Shown: positions 41,890 to 54,800 of the stretch, piece after piece
Numbering within the stretch: the stretch's first letter is position 1
Layout of the letters: each line of letters opens with the position of its first letter
DNA from: Caecitellus pseudoparvulus
Lineage: Eukaryota; Protista; Bigyra: Bicosoecida
Reading direction: 5' to 3'
Assembly (NCBI GenBank): GCA_965644315.1
Contig: CBFFRQ010000081.1
Coordinates: 1-64,000 of the forward strand
Length of the DNA: 64,000 nt
Position numbers and translations under genes: made by a program
Notes under the pieces: generated by a model
Databases searched by the model: none
Told to the model about the DNA's origin: nothing
Seen by the model: the letters and a program-made list of their open reading frames with translations, nothing else

Positions 41890-43499
41890 TTACTCTTCCA
41901 CCAGGCTACCAATCTTGAATCGGCGCACGGTGTCCACGACGTGGGCAGGGTGTTGCTCTCCGTGGAAGCCCTCCGAGGCGTCGCCGCCAGCGTTGTTGCC
42001 AATGGCGTCCTTGCCAGGGTGCTGGTCCACGTACTCGGTCAGGTCGTAAACGTCACCATCGATGATCACCCACAAGTCCTGAAGCGAGTTGTGCTCTGCC
42101 ACCTCGGCGGCGGTGAAGGCCTTGAACTCAGGCAGGGGCTTGGCGCCAGGCGCAGCGAGGTGTTGGAAGCTGCGCAGCGTCACCAGCAGCGCAGAGTGCA
42201 TGTCCCACACTGGCTCGTACTTCAAGTCGCGCTTGGCGGCCTCGCAAGAGTACCAGTGGTGCGTTCCGGCGATCTGCACGACTGAGGGGGTGAAGGTGAT
42301 GGCGAGCTTGGTGCCGAGGACAGCGTTCAGGCTGGCGAGGATGCCGTCCACAATGTACGACACCGCCAGCATGAAGCCATAGGGCAGGCGCATAGTAGGC
42401 GCTTGGTACCCCAGGCCCAGACACACGCGGGACATGAACTCCCAGAAGGGCAGGGGGTCGTCGTTGGTGATGAAGTAGGTCTTGCCGTTGGCAGGAGAGC
42501 CCTTCACGGCAGCCTCTGCTGCGCGCATGTGTCCGTGCACGACGTTGCCGACGTAGGTGAAGTCGACGATGTTGTCGGTGCTGCCAATGGCGACCTTTGT
42601 GCGACCAGCCTTTGCGTTGGCAGTGAGGCGTGGCACCAGGGCAGGGTCGCGTGGCCCGAAGATACCGTGAGGTCGCACGCTGACAGTGACGAGCTTGCCA
42701 CCCGATGCAGGGCCCGCCTCCATGATAATGCGCTCAGCCTCGGCTTTGGTGCGGCAGTAGTCGTCCCGGAAGGTGGCGGGGTAAGGCAGGGTCTCGTCGA
42801 CGCCGGATTGGTTGCTGCCGTCGTAGATGACGCTGGCGCTGGAGGTGAAGATGAGGCGCGGGACGCCGTTAGCGAGACAGGCGTCCACGACGTTACGTGT
42901 GCCGTTGATGTTCACAAGCTCGAAGACGGCCTTGTTGCGGGAGAGCGGGTCGGGCGAAGCGACGTGGAAGACGACCTCGGCACCTTTGAATGCTGTGGTC
43001 ACCTGGTCCAGCTTGGTGAGGTCGCCCTGCACCATCTTCACGCTGGGTTCGTCGAAGGTCGTGGAGCGGAGGTCAAAGACGGTCACATCGCACCCTGGTG
43101 CCGGGGAGAGGGGTGGGGTGCGTGCCACAACTGTGCTTCGCAAGCTGCCGACATCGTGGCACACTCACCAGCCTGCACCAGTGCCGAGACGAGGTGCCGC
43201 CCAACGAAGCCGCTGCCGCCGGTAACGACGACTTTCTTGGGAATCTGGATGAGTGGGGCGGGGTTTGCCGACAGTGTTCAGGGTGTGGGGGCAGTGTGGA
43301 GGGCTGCAATGGGGCACGCGCAGCCACGAACGTTGTACTGCGGGTAGTCCAGCGTAGCTGCCTTCTCAGCAGCATCTGCGGGCCACTCCAGGCGGGTTGG
43401 GCTGGGGATGGGCAGATACGAGATGAGCCAAATCACAGCCAGGGTGAGGACCACCGAGGCGCCGAGGAAGATGGGGTCTTGCCCCTCAAGCCACTCCAT
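41890..43499 (-). CDS. NSDHL: 3-beta-hydroxysteroid dehydrogenase/decarboxylase (NSDHL/ERG26-like) fused to C-terminal cytochrome b5 domain; spliced
   Basis: Exon with KKVVVTGGSGFVGRHLV (43170-43240) followed by a GTGAGT donor; VFHVAS, TSSASV, YCRTK (YxxxK), RPHGIFGPRD, DFTYVGNVVHGH; then EVAEHN..DLWVIIDGDVYDLT.YVDQHPG (b5); N-terminal TM exon from 43499. Confidence 0.88.
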
Positions 43500-43907
43500 G
43501 TCTGCGGAAATCGGTGGCAAGCAAGCTGTGAGTGCAGGACCCAATGCCCACAGCTCAAGTGCTGAGCTACAGCGGTGCATGCGCAATGCATGAACACGAT
43601 GCTGTTGTTGTTGGTTGGAAAGTGCGGTTCATGCTTGCCTGCTCAGGGCCTAAGCTCGTCGACCTACGGCGCTTGTGCCGCTGGTGTTGTGGTGGTATGG
43701 CGCACACTCTAGCTCGCCGGCTGAGGGAGTGCACTGTGCGAGGAAACAGGCCCACAGGGGCGCTCATTTTCATAGCTTCAGACTGGCGTGCACAAGGTGC
43801 ATGAACTGGCCATCCTTGGAGCTGCATTGCGGTGGAAACACACACTGCCCGCGGCAAGCTCAGGTCCACTGTACACAAAGCAAAGGCGCTGGCGCACAGG
43901 GGGCCAG

Positions 43908-44581
43908 TCACAGCAAGATGCGCACCACAGTGCTGACGAGACCGCCAATGAGGATGCCCACGGAGCTGGCCACGACAAAAATCGTGCTGCCCGAAATGTC
44001 GTCATCGTCAATGCTGTCCTGCTTGGTGCAACCGATGAGGGGCGCCACGAAGTTCATGAAGGAAACATATCCGATCAGCAAGAACATGCCCGAGGCCATG
44101 ACGTAGTCCTTTTCAATGCCGGTGTACCTGAGTGAGTGGGGTATTGGCCGCAGCGTGCAGCGCAAGGCGTGAACGATCGAACTCTGGCAACTCACTTGGG
44201 TAGGACAGCTGCGATGCCACCGCAGACGAGGAAGCCAACTACTGCGAGCAGGAGCAGCCATGTTTCGTCAGGCGCCCGTTGTGCTGCCTCCTGCTCGAAC
44301 TTCGCCCGCATGGCCTGGTAGTTCTGCTCGTCTTCCTCCGTCCACTCTTCGTCATCGTCGCCGCCGTCTCCATACTCTGACTCGACATCTGACGCCCCCT
44401 CCCCGTCCCATTCCTCCCGGTCTTCGTGGTCGGCTTGAATGCTCTGGGAAGGCGTTTGCTGCACGTCGTCACCCAGGGCTTCATCTGCAGAGTCAGCATC
44501 CGTCCCCCTCGCCAACAGTGGAGTTTCACTGCCGGCCCCGTTGCCCCCCTTGCCCCTGCGCCGCAGGCCTGTCCCAGACAT
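43908..44581 (-). CDS. Small membrane protein with acidic N-terminus and about three TM helices; two exons
   Basis: MSGTGLRRR start, D/E-rich segment, WLLLLAVVGFLVCGGIAAV, GT..AG intron at ~44128-44195, then MFLLIGYVSFMNF and IFVVASSVGILIGGLV. Confidence 0.65.
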
Positions 44582-44932
44582 GGTGGCAGGGGAAGCGATG
44601 CAGTCCTGCACAGAGCAATGGAAAATCAGCCTGCGGTCCGTTCCAAGCGTGGCCGGCTGGACTGCAGTCTGCCTGTACGGCTCGTGGTTCTTTGCGGAGC
44701 AAGGATGAAACGCACACGTGTAACTCTTAGCCAGACCCAGGCAGCACCAGCGAGAGGAATGCGGGAGCTCTCAGCGGACCACGCTTTGCATTGTTTCCTT
44801 CTGGCGATGCAAAAGTGCTCTTATTCGTTGCAGGTCGTAATTGCCTGACCGTATCAACTCGCAGGACCTGTTCATGTGCTCTGGGAAGCTAAACTCCACA
44901 CCACGCGGCGCAGCCCGCGAGGGGCACGCCTT

Positions 44933-45607
44933 TCACTGGAGCTCCGGTGTCGGCCCAAGAAGGATCACGTTGAACCGGGCGGCTGCAGCTGCGATGGCTG
45001 CCTTCGCTTCAGGCGAACTGGGCGGCGGCGGTGGGTTGGGATGCTGTGGGTCATACAACACGCCAACTGCTGGGTCTGCGAAGAACTCCTCCATACCACC
45101 AGGCGTCAAGTGCAGCAGCATCTCAGCAGGCACGTCGGATGTGTTGCGAAATCCGTGGGCGTATCCCTTGGGGGAGTACAGGGAGGTGCCGGCGTCTGCT
45201 GCAACCGTGTCCAGTGGCTTGGCCCCAAACGCACGAGGGTCGGCCATCACAGCCTCCTCATCCAAGGCATCTTTGCCCAGCCAGAAAGTCAGCTTGCCAG
45301 ACAGCACATCGAAACGTTCGTCCTCGTTGAAGTGCACGTGCAGCGGGGGACCACCACCTGGCGGCACGACGGCGTGCCACAAGCTGTAGGCTCCGTTCGT
45401 CTCGCTGCCGAGCGCGAGGAACTTGTACAAGTCCCCTGCTGCCCACAGAGTGCGGTGGTCTGTGATCACCCGTGGATTCGCTGCGTCTGTGCTCGGAAGG
45501 AGGTGTGCAGTGACAGCCGTGGCGCTGTGCACTTGGCTGTGGCCACGGCGTGGCAGCACGAGTTTCCGGAAGCAACAAGCCGCACGGAAGTCCATACACC
45601 TCTGCAC
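44933..45607 (-). CDS. Cupin-domain protein (quercetinase-like cupin_2)
   Basis: Cupin motif 1 PPGGGPPLHVHFNEDERFDVLSG and motif 2 PKGYAHGFRN; start codon uncertain. Confidence 0.85.
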   Translation of the reverse strand: MQRCMDFRAACCFRKLVLPRRGHSQVHSATAVTAHLLPSTDAANPRVITDHRTLWAAGDLYKFLALGSETNGAYSLWHAVVPPGGGPPLHVHFNEDERFDVLSGKLTFWLGKDALDEEAVMADPRAFGAKPLDTVAADAGTSLYSPKGYAHGFRNTSDVPAEMLLHLTPGGMEEFFADPAVGVLYDPQHPNPPPPPSSPEAKAAIAAAAARFNVILLGPTPELQ

Positions 45608-45898
45608 TCAATCTACTGGAGGCGGCGCACTGAGGGCCCTTTCAAGCATCCACTCACTGTTCAAGCACCGAGCTGCGTTAGATCTGCCCCGCGTTATGGC
45701 TCGGTGTGCCGTAGAGGCTGCCAAGCCGCTGGCGCGTGCTGTGGCTTGCAGCATGGCGTGGTGGACTTGCAAATTCCGATATTTTCAGGGTCACGGACGC
45801 AGGCACTGGGGTGGGGATGTGAGCAAGGTGAAGTTGAAACGGGTGTATTGTATGAGGTTGAGCAGCTTTGAGCATTTCCGTCGACTGTTGTGCAGCCA

Positions 45899-48800
45899 CT
45901 ACTTCTTCCTCCGACCCCCCTTGGAGCCTGACGAGCCACCCTTGCCCGTGGAGCTCGGCACCGCTGCGGCATCCACCTTCAGGTAGAAGACCCACGGGGG
46001 CAGAGAGGGGCCGCTACTGCACTGAACAATGAGCTTACCAGAAGAGTTATCCGGCGCGTCTGCAGCAGCTTGAATGGAGATGGCCGTGTCAGACTTGGCT
46101 GCCAAGTGCACCTCCGAGGCTGACAGGCTGAACAGCTCGCTGTCTGTGCGCAGCGCAAAGAACTGCTCTTCCTGGAACACGTTCCTGAATGGAATGGATA
46201 CTGACCCGCCTGGCGGGAGAAGGAAAGGACCTTGCGGCTTGGGCGGCAGGGCTTCGCCTCGCAGCTCCACCTGGAAGGTTCCGCCTGCCTGTCCCACAGC
46301 TGTAAGCACAGCTGTAACACTGCCAGGTTTGGAGGGTTCAAAGGTCGTGGGGATGGAGACGGGGGCTGGGACAACCTCCGCGAGCCCAGGACCCTCTCCC
46401 GGCGCCGTCGTTGCGGCTGGCACTTCCACAGTGGATGGGAACAGGAAGCCGCACTGCTGTGGCTCCACTGACACACGGTAAGTGTCAGGGACCAACGCCC
46501 AGTGCGCAAAGCGCCATGGCTCCACCTGGCGCTGGCCCAGGTTGGCCCTAAAGGACAGAGTTGGCTCGGAGCCAACCGCCAAAGTGCGCAGGTGCAGCGC
46601 GTACTTGAACACGCCCAGCTGTGGCGATTCCAGCAGCAACTCCACATCCTCAGCTCGAGAGGTGGCAGGGAGAGCGGAGACGGCACCACCTCCTGCTCCC
46701 GCAGCTGCCTCGGCAGCACCCTCTGGCATGGTCAGGGGTCGGAACTCCAACTGGAACACGCCGTGCGCGTTGCCGGTCACGGACCCCACCTGCTGCACGC
46801 GAATGGCGGGGTGGGGGCAGGAGGCGGTGAACGAAATCTCCGTCCCCGCCTCCGCCAGCGGGTTGTCCACCGTCACCGTGTGCTGCACTGCCTGGCGCAC
46901 GACGGCCTGGAGCGGGATGTTGCCGATGGTGCCGGCGGCCGTGGCCTTGAGCTGCAGCTCCTGGCAGATGTACTCCTGCGTCAACTCGTTCGTAAAGGTG
47001 ACTGTCGCGGTGAAGTCGCCGGCTGTGTACGCGAAGAAGGTCAGCTTGTGCTCACGCATGGCCAGACCAGGCACCTCCACAGACCTGGCCCCACGCAGCT
47101 GCGCAGACGCAGGCAAGCCCTCCCACGCCACCCTGAACTTTTGCGTGCTGCGCAACCAGTTCTGCACGGGAATGCTTATGGCAAAGGGTGCTTTGGCGGG
47201 AGTGCTGTGCACGATGGGCGCCGCTGGCACTGGCGGCAGCGCCTTCCCTGACAGGCGCGTCAGCACGCCGCTGCCATCCGGCATGGCCACAAACAGCGAG
47301 CCCTCATGGGAGTCGGGGCGCTCCCGGCGCAGGCGGGTGCCGGCAGTGGCGGGGCGGTCACTTGCAGCGCCACCTGGCGACGCAGCTCCATCCTCAGCCT
47401 GCCGCGTCATGGTCAAGGGGTGGTACGTGAGGGGGTACTCAGCTGTGCCACGGGGGGGCACTTCCACCGTGACGGGGCCGGACCAGTAGTCGTTGTCCAG
47501 CACTGGTGTCAGCGTCAGCGGCTTGTCGGAGTCATTCCGGGGCAGGGTGACTGCCCGCACTTCACTCGTGCGCACAGCGGTGCTGAAAGAGACTGTCTGC
47601 GACGCCTCCGTAGGGCGGGGCACGCACTCGCCCACCAGGTCAAGGTGCAGGGGGGGGGCGCCCTCCACATCGCATCGCAGGCCATGCCGGGCAATGTTGT
47701 CCCCCACGCGGGTCGGGTGGAAAGTCACATCCACCAGCACGTCTGACTGGGCGGGCACAAAGCCCTGGGCGGGGGCCAGCGAAAAGTCGTGCCCCAGCGC
47801 CGCCTCGTCCCACCGCCAGTGGGCGCCAATGTCCCCCGTGTTCAACAGCTGCACACGGCGCGTGAGGCGGCTGCCCTCGCACACGCCGCCAAATGCGAGG
47901 CGCTCTGTGCTCAGCTGCACCTGCATGCCCTGACAGCTGCCTGCAATGGACAGCAGGTTTCGAATGGACGGCGCACTGGAGCCATCATCGCCCACCAGCA
48001 CCACGCCCAGCGCCTCCTCAAAGGGTGGGTTGCGCGCTGAGGGCGCGAAACGGATGGTCACTTCGCCCACTTCCCGAGCGCCGAGCGAGATCTGCCTCGG
48101 GGACACTGACACGCCCACATCGCTCAGCGCCTGCAAGCTGCGCCGCTGTGCTTCGACAGCCGCCAACTCGGCACGCGCCATGGCGGCGCGAGCTGGCTCC
48201 CGCTCTCCGTGAGCGGCAGCCAAGGCGTGGGCATACTCGTCTGCGGCTCGTTCAGCAGTGGCAAAGTGCACCAGCGCGAACGTCGTTGGGCGAGCAGACC
48301 GATTCACCACCCGCACCGTCCTCGTAGTGGACTGCCCCACTCGCAGTGCACCCAAGTGCACGAGCTTGTCAGCGGGGTTCGCCAGGTCAAGCACGAGCGG
48401 CACGCCGGCGCCTCGCAAGGCGACCTTCACAGTGTGCAGGCCATTCACTTCAAAGGGGATGGCGTCTGCGAACTGCCCAGCCTCCCGCGGCGCAAAGGAA
48501 ATCGGCACCTGCACTCGCTGACCAGGCGCCAACACTGCCGCGTCGAAGCCGACACTGACTTGGCCCGCATGGGGATCGTGCAGGCACTCCACTGACACGT
48601 CCTCAGTCCGCTCCAAGTTGGAAATTGTCAGCGTGGCGGTGGTGGGCACAGGGGCTGCACCGGCACTGGTGGGCAAGAAGCACGCGCCAAAGTCGTGCTC
48701 CAACCAGGAGAAGTCCAGAGCGGGGCGCACGCCCTCGCCACCCAGCGCCACATTGTACACCTTGGTGCCTGCCACGACACAGCGCAAGACCAGCCCGTCC

Positions 48801-51800
48801 AAGCACAGCTCCGAGTCCGGGCTAAACTCCACTTGGCAGTTGATACGGGAGCCCCGCGTGACACGCCCCTTCTCGGGATGCACTCGCACAGCCTTCAACG
48901 CGGCAGCGGCGAGCGCCCCGGGCGCAGGGGCGCGGCCCTTGGCCACGTACAGCGCGTTGGCCCGTGGCACCCGGCTGGGTGAACCAGTGATGCTCCAGGC
49001 AAAGTCAAAGTTCACCTTGCCAGAGTTGGCCAGCGCCAGCCGCTTCACCGCGTGCTCGTGCACAGGGACCCTGCCGAACGTCGCAGGTGTCACGGCCTCC
49101 ACTGACAGCTGCCGCGCCTGGGCGCCCTCCCCGTCTTCCTCCAGCAGCAACACGTCGTGGATGGCATAGCCTTCCCCCTTCACGTTCAGGCTGAGCACTT
49201 GGGGCTTCTTCTTGATGCGGCAAGGCAAGTTGAAGTTGTACTCCTTCTCTTCCGAGGGACTGAACTCCACCTCCACCTCCACACGGCCCTTAGCAGGGAC
49301 GACTCCTGATGCAGGGTGCAGCTTCAACGGCTGGGCTGCCGCTCCCCCCTGGCGCCCACGCCGTGGCAGGGCGCCCCCGAGGCCTGCCAAGTCGAACTCA
49401 AAGGCAAACGGCAGGTGCTCGTGGTTCTCCAGCACGACACGCTCTCGCGAGGTCGCCCCCACAAGCAGCTGCTTGAAGTTCAACACAGAGTGGTCCAGCG
49501 TGACTTTCGGCTCCACGACCGTGCCAGTGACCAGCACCAGCTGCGTCAGCCCATGGGCTGGAATGGACAGCCGATAGAATGACTCGGCGCGGGCCGTCTC
49601 CATGGGCGTGTACTCAAAGACCACCTCGGTCTTGTGGCCAGGCAGGATGGCGCCTGACGTGCTGGCGCAGTGAATGCATGCTGTGCCGCGAGACAGCACC
49701 GATGTGTCCACACCCTCGCCTGCCGGCACTCGCAGGCACTCCCACGTGAAGTCGTATGGCTGGGCGGTGGGGTTGATCATGTCAAAGCGGAGTGTGTTGC
49801 GCACTTGTGTGCCCAGGGACCGGAACTCCAGCACCTTGATCGTGCTGTCCAGGGCCCCCAGCTCGCCTGACGGGCCAGGCAGACTGGGTGGGCGGCGCTG
49901 CAAGTAGTCGCACTCGGGCAGATCCATGTGCACGATGGGGCGCTGTGCCCTGCCTGACAGGCGAAGGGTCGGAGCGGGCGTGGCACCACTGGCGGGTGCC
50001 CCGCCTGCATCGCCCGCAGCAGGGGGGCGGAAAGTGACGTGAGCGGAAGCCGGGGCACCCCCAGACAGAGCAGGCGACTGCAGCGTTGCAGTGTAGACGT
50101 AGTCGTCCACCTCCAGGGGTGCGAAGGAGACATGGCAGGGCAGAACCTGCCCGGGGGCCAGGACCCCTGACGCAGGCTCCACAGCGAAGGGGGCGGGCAG
50201 GGACGCAATGCTGGGGTGTGGAGGGGGGCCCTGTCGCTGCAGCGACCAGTTGAATGGCAGGGGCAGGGCACTTGCGTTTGTCACGCGCACTTCATGCGAC
50301 CTGGAGGCGTACATGAGGGTGGGCTTGAAGGCCACTTCATCGTCCGACAAGGAGATGCTGGGGGCGTCTGCAATACAGGACACCCGCAGAGGCAGCTCCT
50401 GGTGGGCGGTCGTGTCGACGGCTGAAGGTGCTGCCTTGCCCTTGCCCTTGGAGGGCGCAGGCTTGGCCGGAGGCTCGTCCACATGGCTGTACTCGGGCTC
50501 AGGCACGCGCTTTGAGATGCGCACGGAGCCGTCCTCTGCCTCCTCCACAGCGACGATGCTTGCATCTGGCGCGCCTGGTGCCTGGGCTGCCAGCGCTTCA
50601 GCAGCCGCAGCAGCTGCTGCGCTGTCTGCTGCCACGAACTCGTGCATCATATCTGACGAAGACCAAGCTGTGCCAGGGCTGGAGAGCTTGATTGCCTGCC
50701 AGGAAGCCTTCACACACTCCTCCACCAGCACGCGCCGGTGTTCGCCAGGCTGGAAGGACACCTGCACCTCAATCGAGTCGCCTGGGGGCAGGTGCACGGT
50801 ACGTGGCGACAGCTCCAGACATGGATGCTCTGGCCACTGCACACGGACAGCCTCCTGCCCTCTGTTCACCACCGAAAATGTCGCTGACAGGGTGGAACTG
50901 CCGCTCTGCACGAGGGGCATCGTCCCCAGCACCAGGTGCGGGGCATCACTGTCTGTGGCGGCGACCAGCGACGACCCAGTGTCAGGCGTTGCAGCGGCAC
51001 GAGGGCTCTTCTTGCCCTTGCCCCGTGGGCTGGACTTTCCACGGGGGCTCTTGCCACCCCCCTTCTTCGACTCACTGCGGGCACTGTCTGCAGTCTCAAG
51101 AGCAGGCAGTGGCGCACCCTCTGCGTCCGTGCACAGCGCGCGGGGCGGGGGCTGCCACTCTGAGGGGATGTCTGGCACTCCCACGATGGCGACAGTCTGT
51201 GTGAACGCAGTCCCCACCAGCCGAATCACGTCCGTGTCGTAGGGGTTGTGCATGACAGTCATGCGGAGGGAGGCAGTGATGACGACGCCAGTCTCCGCGC
51301 TTACAGCGGTGGCAGGCGCGGTGCGAGGCGTCCCGCCACCACCCTTCTTCCCACGCGGACTCTTGGACGACGAGTGCTCTCCGGATGCAGCCCCTCCGCC
51401 TGTCCTCGCATTGTGAGCGGCCACTGCGGCAGCGGTGCCCTGGATAGTGGGACAGAATGCCAAGTCCACGGTGCGCTGCTCGCCCGGCGCCAGGGTGACA
51501 CTGCTGTGGTGCAGGGGCACCCGGAAGTCCAGCGTTCGCTCACCCTCGAATGTGGCTGTGGCTGTAACGATACCGTCGTTGCGCAGGACCAGCTGCTGCG
51601 TGGCTGAGCGGCCGGCAGCCACCCGACCAAACTGCACGAGGCTGGCGCCATCTTCGGCTCGCGAGAGTGGCTTGATCACTGTCATGACGGGGAAGGTGCC
51701 CTCACCATGCAGGAGGAACTGCAGGGTGGACTGCACACCCCCTCGACTGCCCTGCACGACGCCCCGCAATGCGGCACGGTATACGGCCATGGAGCGGGGC

Positions 51801-54800
51801 CGGAAGCGCACCTCCACATACCGGTGCTCGTGCGCTGGGATGTCCAGCGCAGCAGGGTGCAGCTCAAAAGCGCTGACGTTGTCGTCGTGCGCACTGGCTT
51901 CCTGTGGCGTCAGCCCCAGCGCCGCAGCTGCAGCCTGCATGGGCCCGCCAGCGCCCTCCCCCGTGAGCTGAGATGCGAGAGTCATCACAGACAAGTCGAT
52001 GCGGGCAGGCACCTTGGTGGGGTTGGATACCCGGATGCGCTCAACTTTGCCACTGGGGAAGTTGGTCGGCACAATGCAGCCGAAAGACAGCGTGCGCTGT
52101 GCAATGCCAAATGCTGCCCGAGCCAGGGCGGCCTCGGCAGCTGCGGCGGAGATGGCTGAGGCCGCCGAGCCAGACGCGTGCACGCGGTCTTCGAGGGACC
52201 CCAGCACCTCCTGCTCCTCGAAGATGCCAGCCCAGTCCTCCCCAGCCACCCCTGGCACGCAGGACTCGCCCTGCGCCGCGAACGGCAGTCCAGACAGCCC
52301 CTCAGGTCCAGCGCCAGAGACGAACAGACGCAAGTCGCCCTCATCCACCTGGGCCCCCACAGCTGCGTATGTCAACTTCAGCTTCATCGTGCCGCCTGGA
52401 GGCACGCGCCCCGCGCAGGGGGTCAGTGTGAAGGCTGGCGTGGCATCGGCAGCACGGCCAGTGGAGGGAATGAGCAGGTCCCCCCCATCCCCCCACTTGC
52501 CTGCCGGGGCAGAGCTGGCCCGCGGGGAGCCCTTCCTGCTGCCGCCCTTGCTGCTGCCCTTCTTACCCGCGCCGCGCTTGCCGCCACGAGGCGAGGAGCT
52601 GCCACTTGCGGCGCCAGCGCCAGCGCCCCCCTCAGCCGCAGCCGCAGCCGCGCTGGCTGCCTCCTCTGCCAGGGCAGCGTGCTCCTCTGAGCCTTGCACA
52701 GCCCACTTGAACGAGAACGCAAAGGCTCCATCGTTCACCAGCTCAATGGTGCGGCTGCGGCTGGCATCGTACCGCACCGCTCCGAAATTCACCCGCTGGG
52801 AGGGGGCCAGGCGCGGCTTGGAGAAGACTGCAGCGCCAGAGATGTCCAGCGTGAAGTGCTCCACGCGTTCCCCGGACTCAGCCTCCGTGACGGTCAGCTG
52901 CACATCTCGGTTGTGCCGAATGGCCACCTCGCCCCGCCCGCTGAAGAAGGTGCCTGTGAGCGTCGCGCTGGCCCCGGGCGCAAGTTGCACCTGCCGGGGC
53001 TGGATGTCCAGAACTGCCTCGAGACTAGAGCCTGGGGTCAGGTGCACGTCGTACTGCACAGCATACTTGCCACGGTTCGTCAGGGTCACTTCTCGCTGCT
53101 CCCGCTCCCCGACCCGCACGGTGCCAAAGTCCAGGGCACCCTCGCTGCCAGTGGGCCACTTGATGGCGCTCTGCACGGCGTACGCCTCGCCAGCCAGGAG
53201 GACTGCCGTTGCCTGAGCAGCGAAGAGCTGCCCGCCTTCCAACTCAGCGCCCTTCTTGCCTGCCCTGGGCGAGCCCTGCCGGGAGGCGGCACTGGAGCCG
53301 CCTCGGGAGCCTGCCTTGCCACGCTTGCTGCCCCCTGCCGCCAGCCCTGCCCCGCTCAGGGCCGCACCCTGCGCACCGCTCACGATGGACTGCAGTGCCT
53401 CGGGCACCTCCTCAGCGACAGCCATGTCCTCAGGCAGCCCCTGGCTGGCCTCGCAGTACACAAAGGCGAGGAACGGCCCAGCGTCGCCCAGCGCATGCAG
53501 CACCGCAGTATCGGGGGAGCCAAAGCGCACTGCGACGCGTGCCGACGCACCGGGCAGCAGGAGGCCGGACGTGGGCTGCACTGCGAACTGGGCCGGGAGG
53601 GCCGCCAGCAGCGCCTGGGGAATGCCCCATGCCAGCGGCATGGCACAGGTGTTGGTGAGCACCAGGGCCTCCTCCTGTACCTGCCCTAGCAGCAGGCGCC
53701 CGAAGTCCAAGGCGTTTGGCGGGGCGGCGCTGCCCTCCCACGGCCCAGCTACGTGTAGGGCGGGCTGCACGCCGACACAAGACACCGGCAGCAGCAGCGG
53801 CGCCGGGTTGTCTTGTACCGTCACCACCACAGCATTGGAGAATGTGCCCTGGTGCTGTGGGAATGCCCACAGGCGCACCTCTGCAGTGCCACCCGCTGGA
53901 ACTGCAGGCAGGCATGTCGGCTCCACCCGGAACACACTCGCTTCGCCCCAGGCCGCATCCTGCGCCTCGCCCACCAGCTCGTCTGACGGGGGAGGCAACA
54001 CGCATGGCTTCACCGCCGACGCTGCCGTCAGGCCGCCGGCGCCTCGTTGTGTGGTGCTGTGGCCTGCTCCGTCAGCTCCAGCCAGGCCCAGCGTCAGGGC
54101 CACCGGGGAAGCCGTGGGGTTGGTGAACCGCAGCACTTCACAGTGTGGGTGGGGCACCTCCGCGCCCTCACGACTGGCGGGGGGGCACCCTGCCAGCAGC
54201 GGCCCAAACACATACTCCCCGCTGGCAGCCACGAACTTGTGCTTGGTAGCTGCGACTGCCTGCGCCCACGCTGCCCGCTGCGCCAGTGTGGACCCCTCGC
54301 CCACCTCAGGCACTGCCAAGCGATGCTTCGTGCGGGACATGAAGATGTTGCGGGGCTCCCGGGAAATGTCGGGGAAGCTGGCCATGCCTGATGCGCTGAT
54401 GGTGAAGGGGCGGAGGGCGGGGCCCAGGCCCGCACCGGCCACGCCAAAGGAAAGCAGGCAGTCGAACCTTCCAGGGCACGCACTGGCGAAGCGCACGTCA
54501 AAGGCCGCCTCAGCACCGGGAGGCAGTATCCACCTCACCTTCCGCCCTTCGGCGGCCGGGCGCAGGGCTGCCAGGACTGCAGCAGTGATGGCCTCTGGGC
54601 TCGTGCTGGATGCCCGGGCAGAGTCGGCAGAGGCTTGGGAGGCGCCATCTCCTTCACCTGCGCCACCGGTCTGCGGCTCGATATCAAACACTGGCTCAGC
54701 TGAACCCCGAGGCGCCGCCTGAGGCGGTAGCACTGGGACCACCGTGCGCGTCACGGGCGGAGGGATGACGAGCTTGCCACTTCGGGAGAGCACACTGTCT

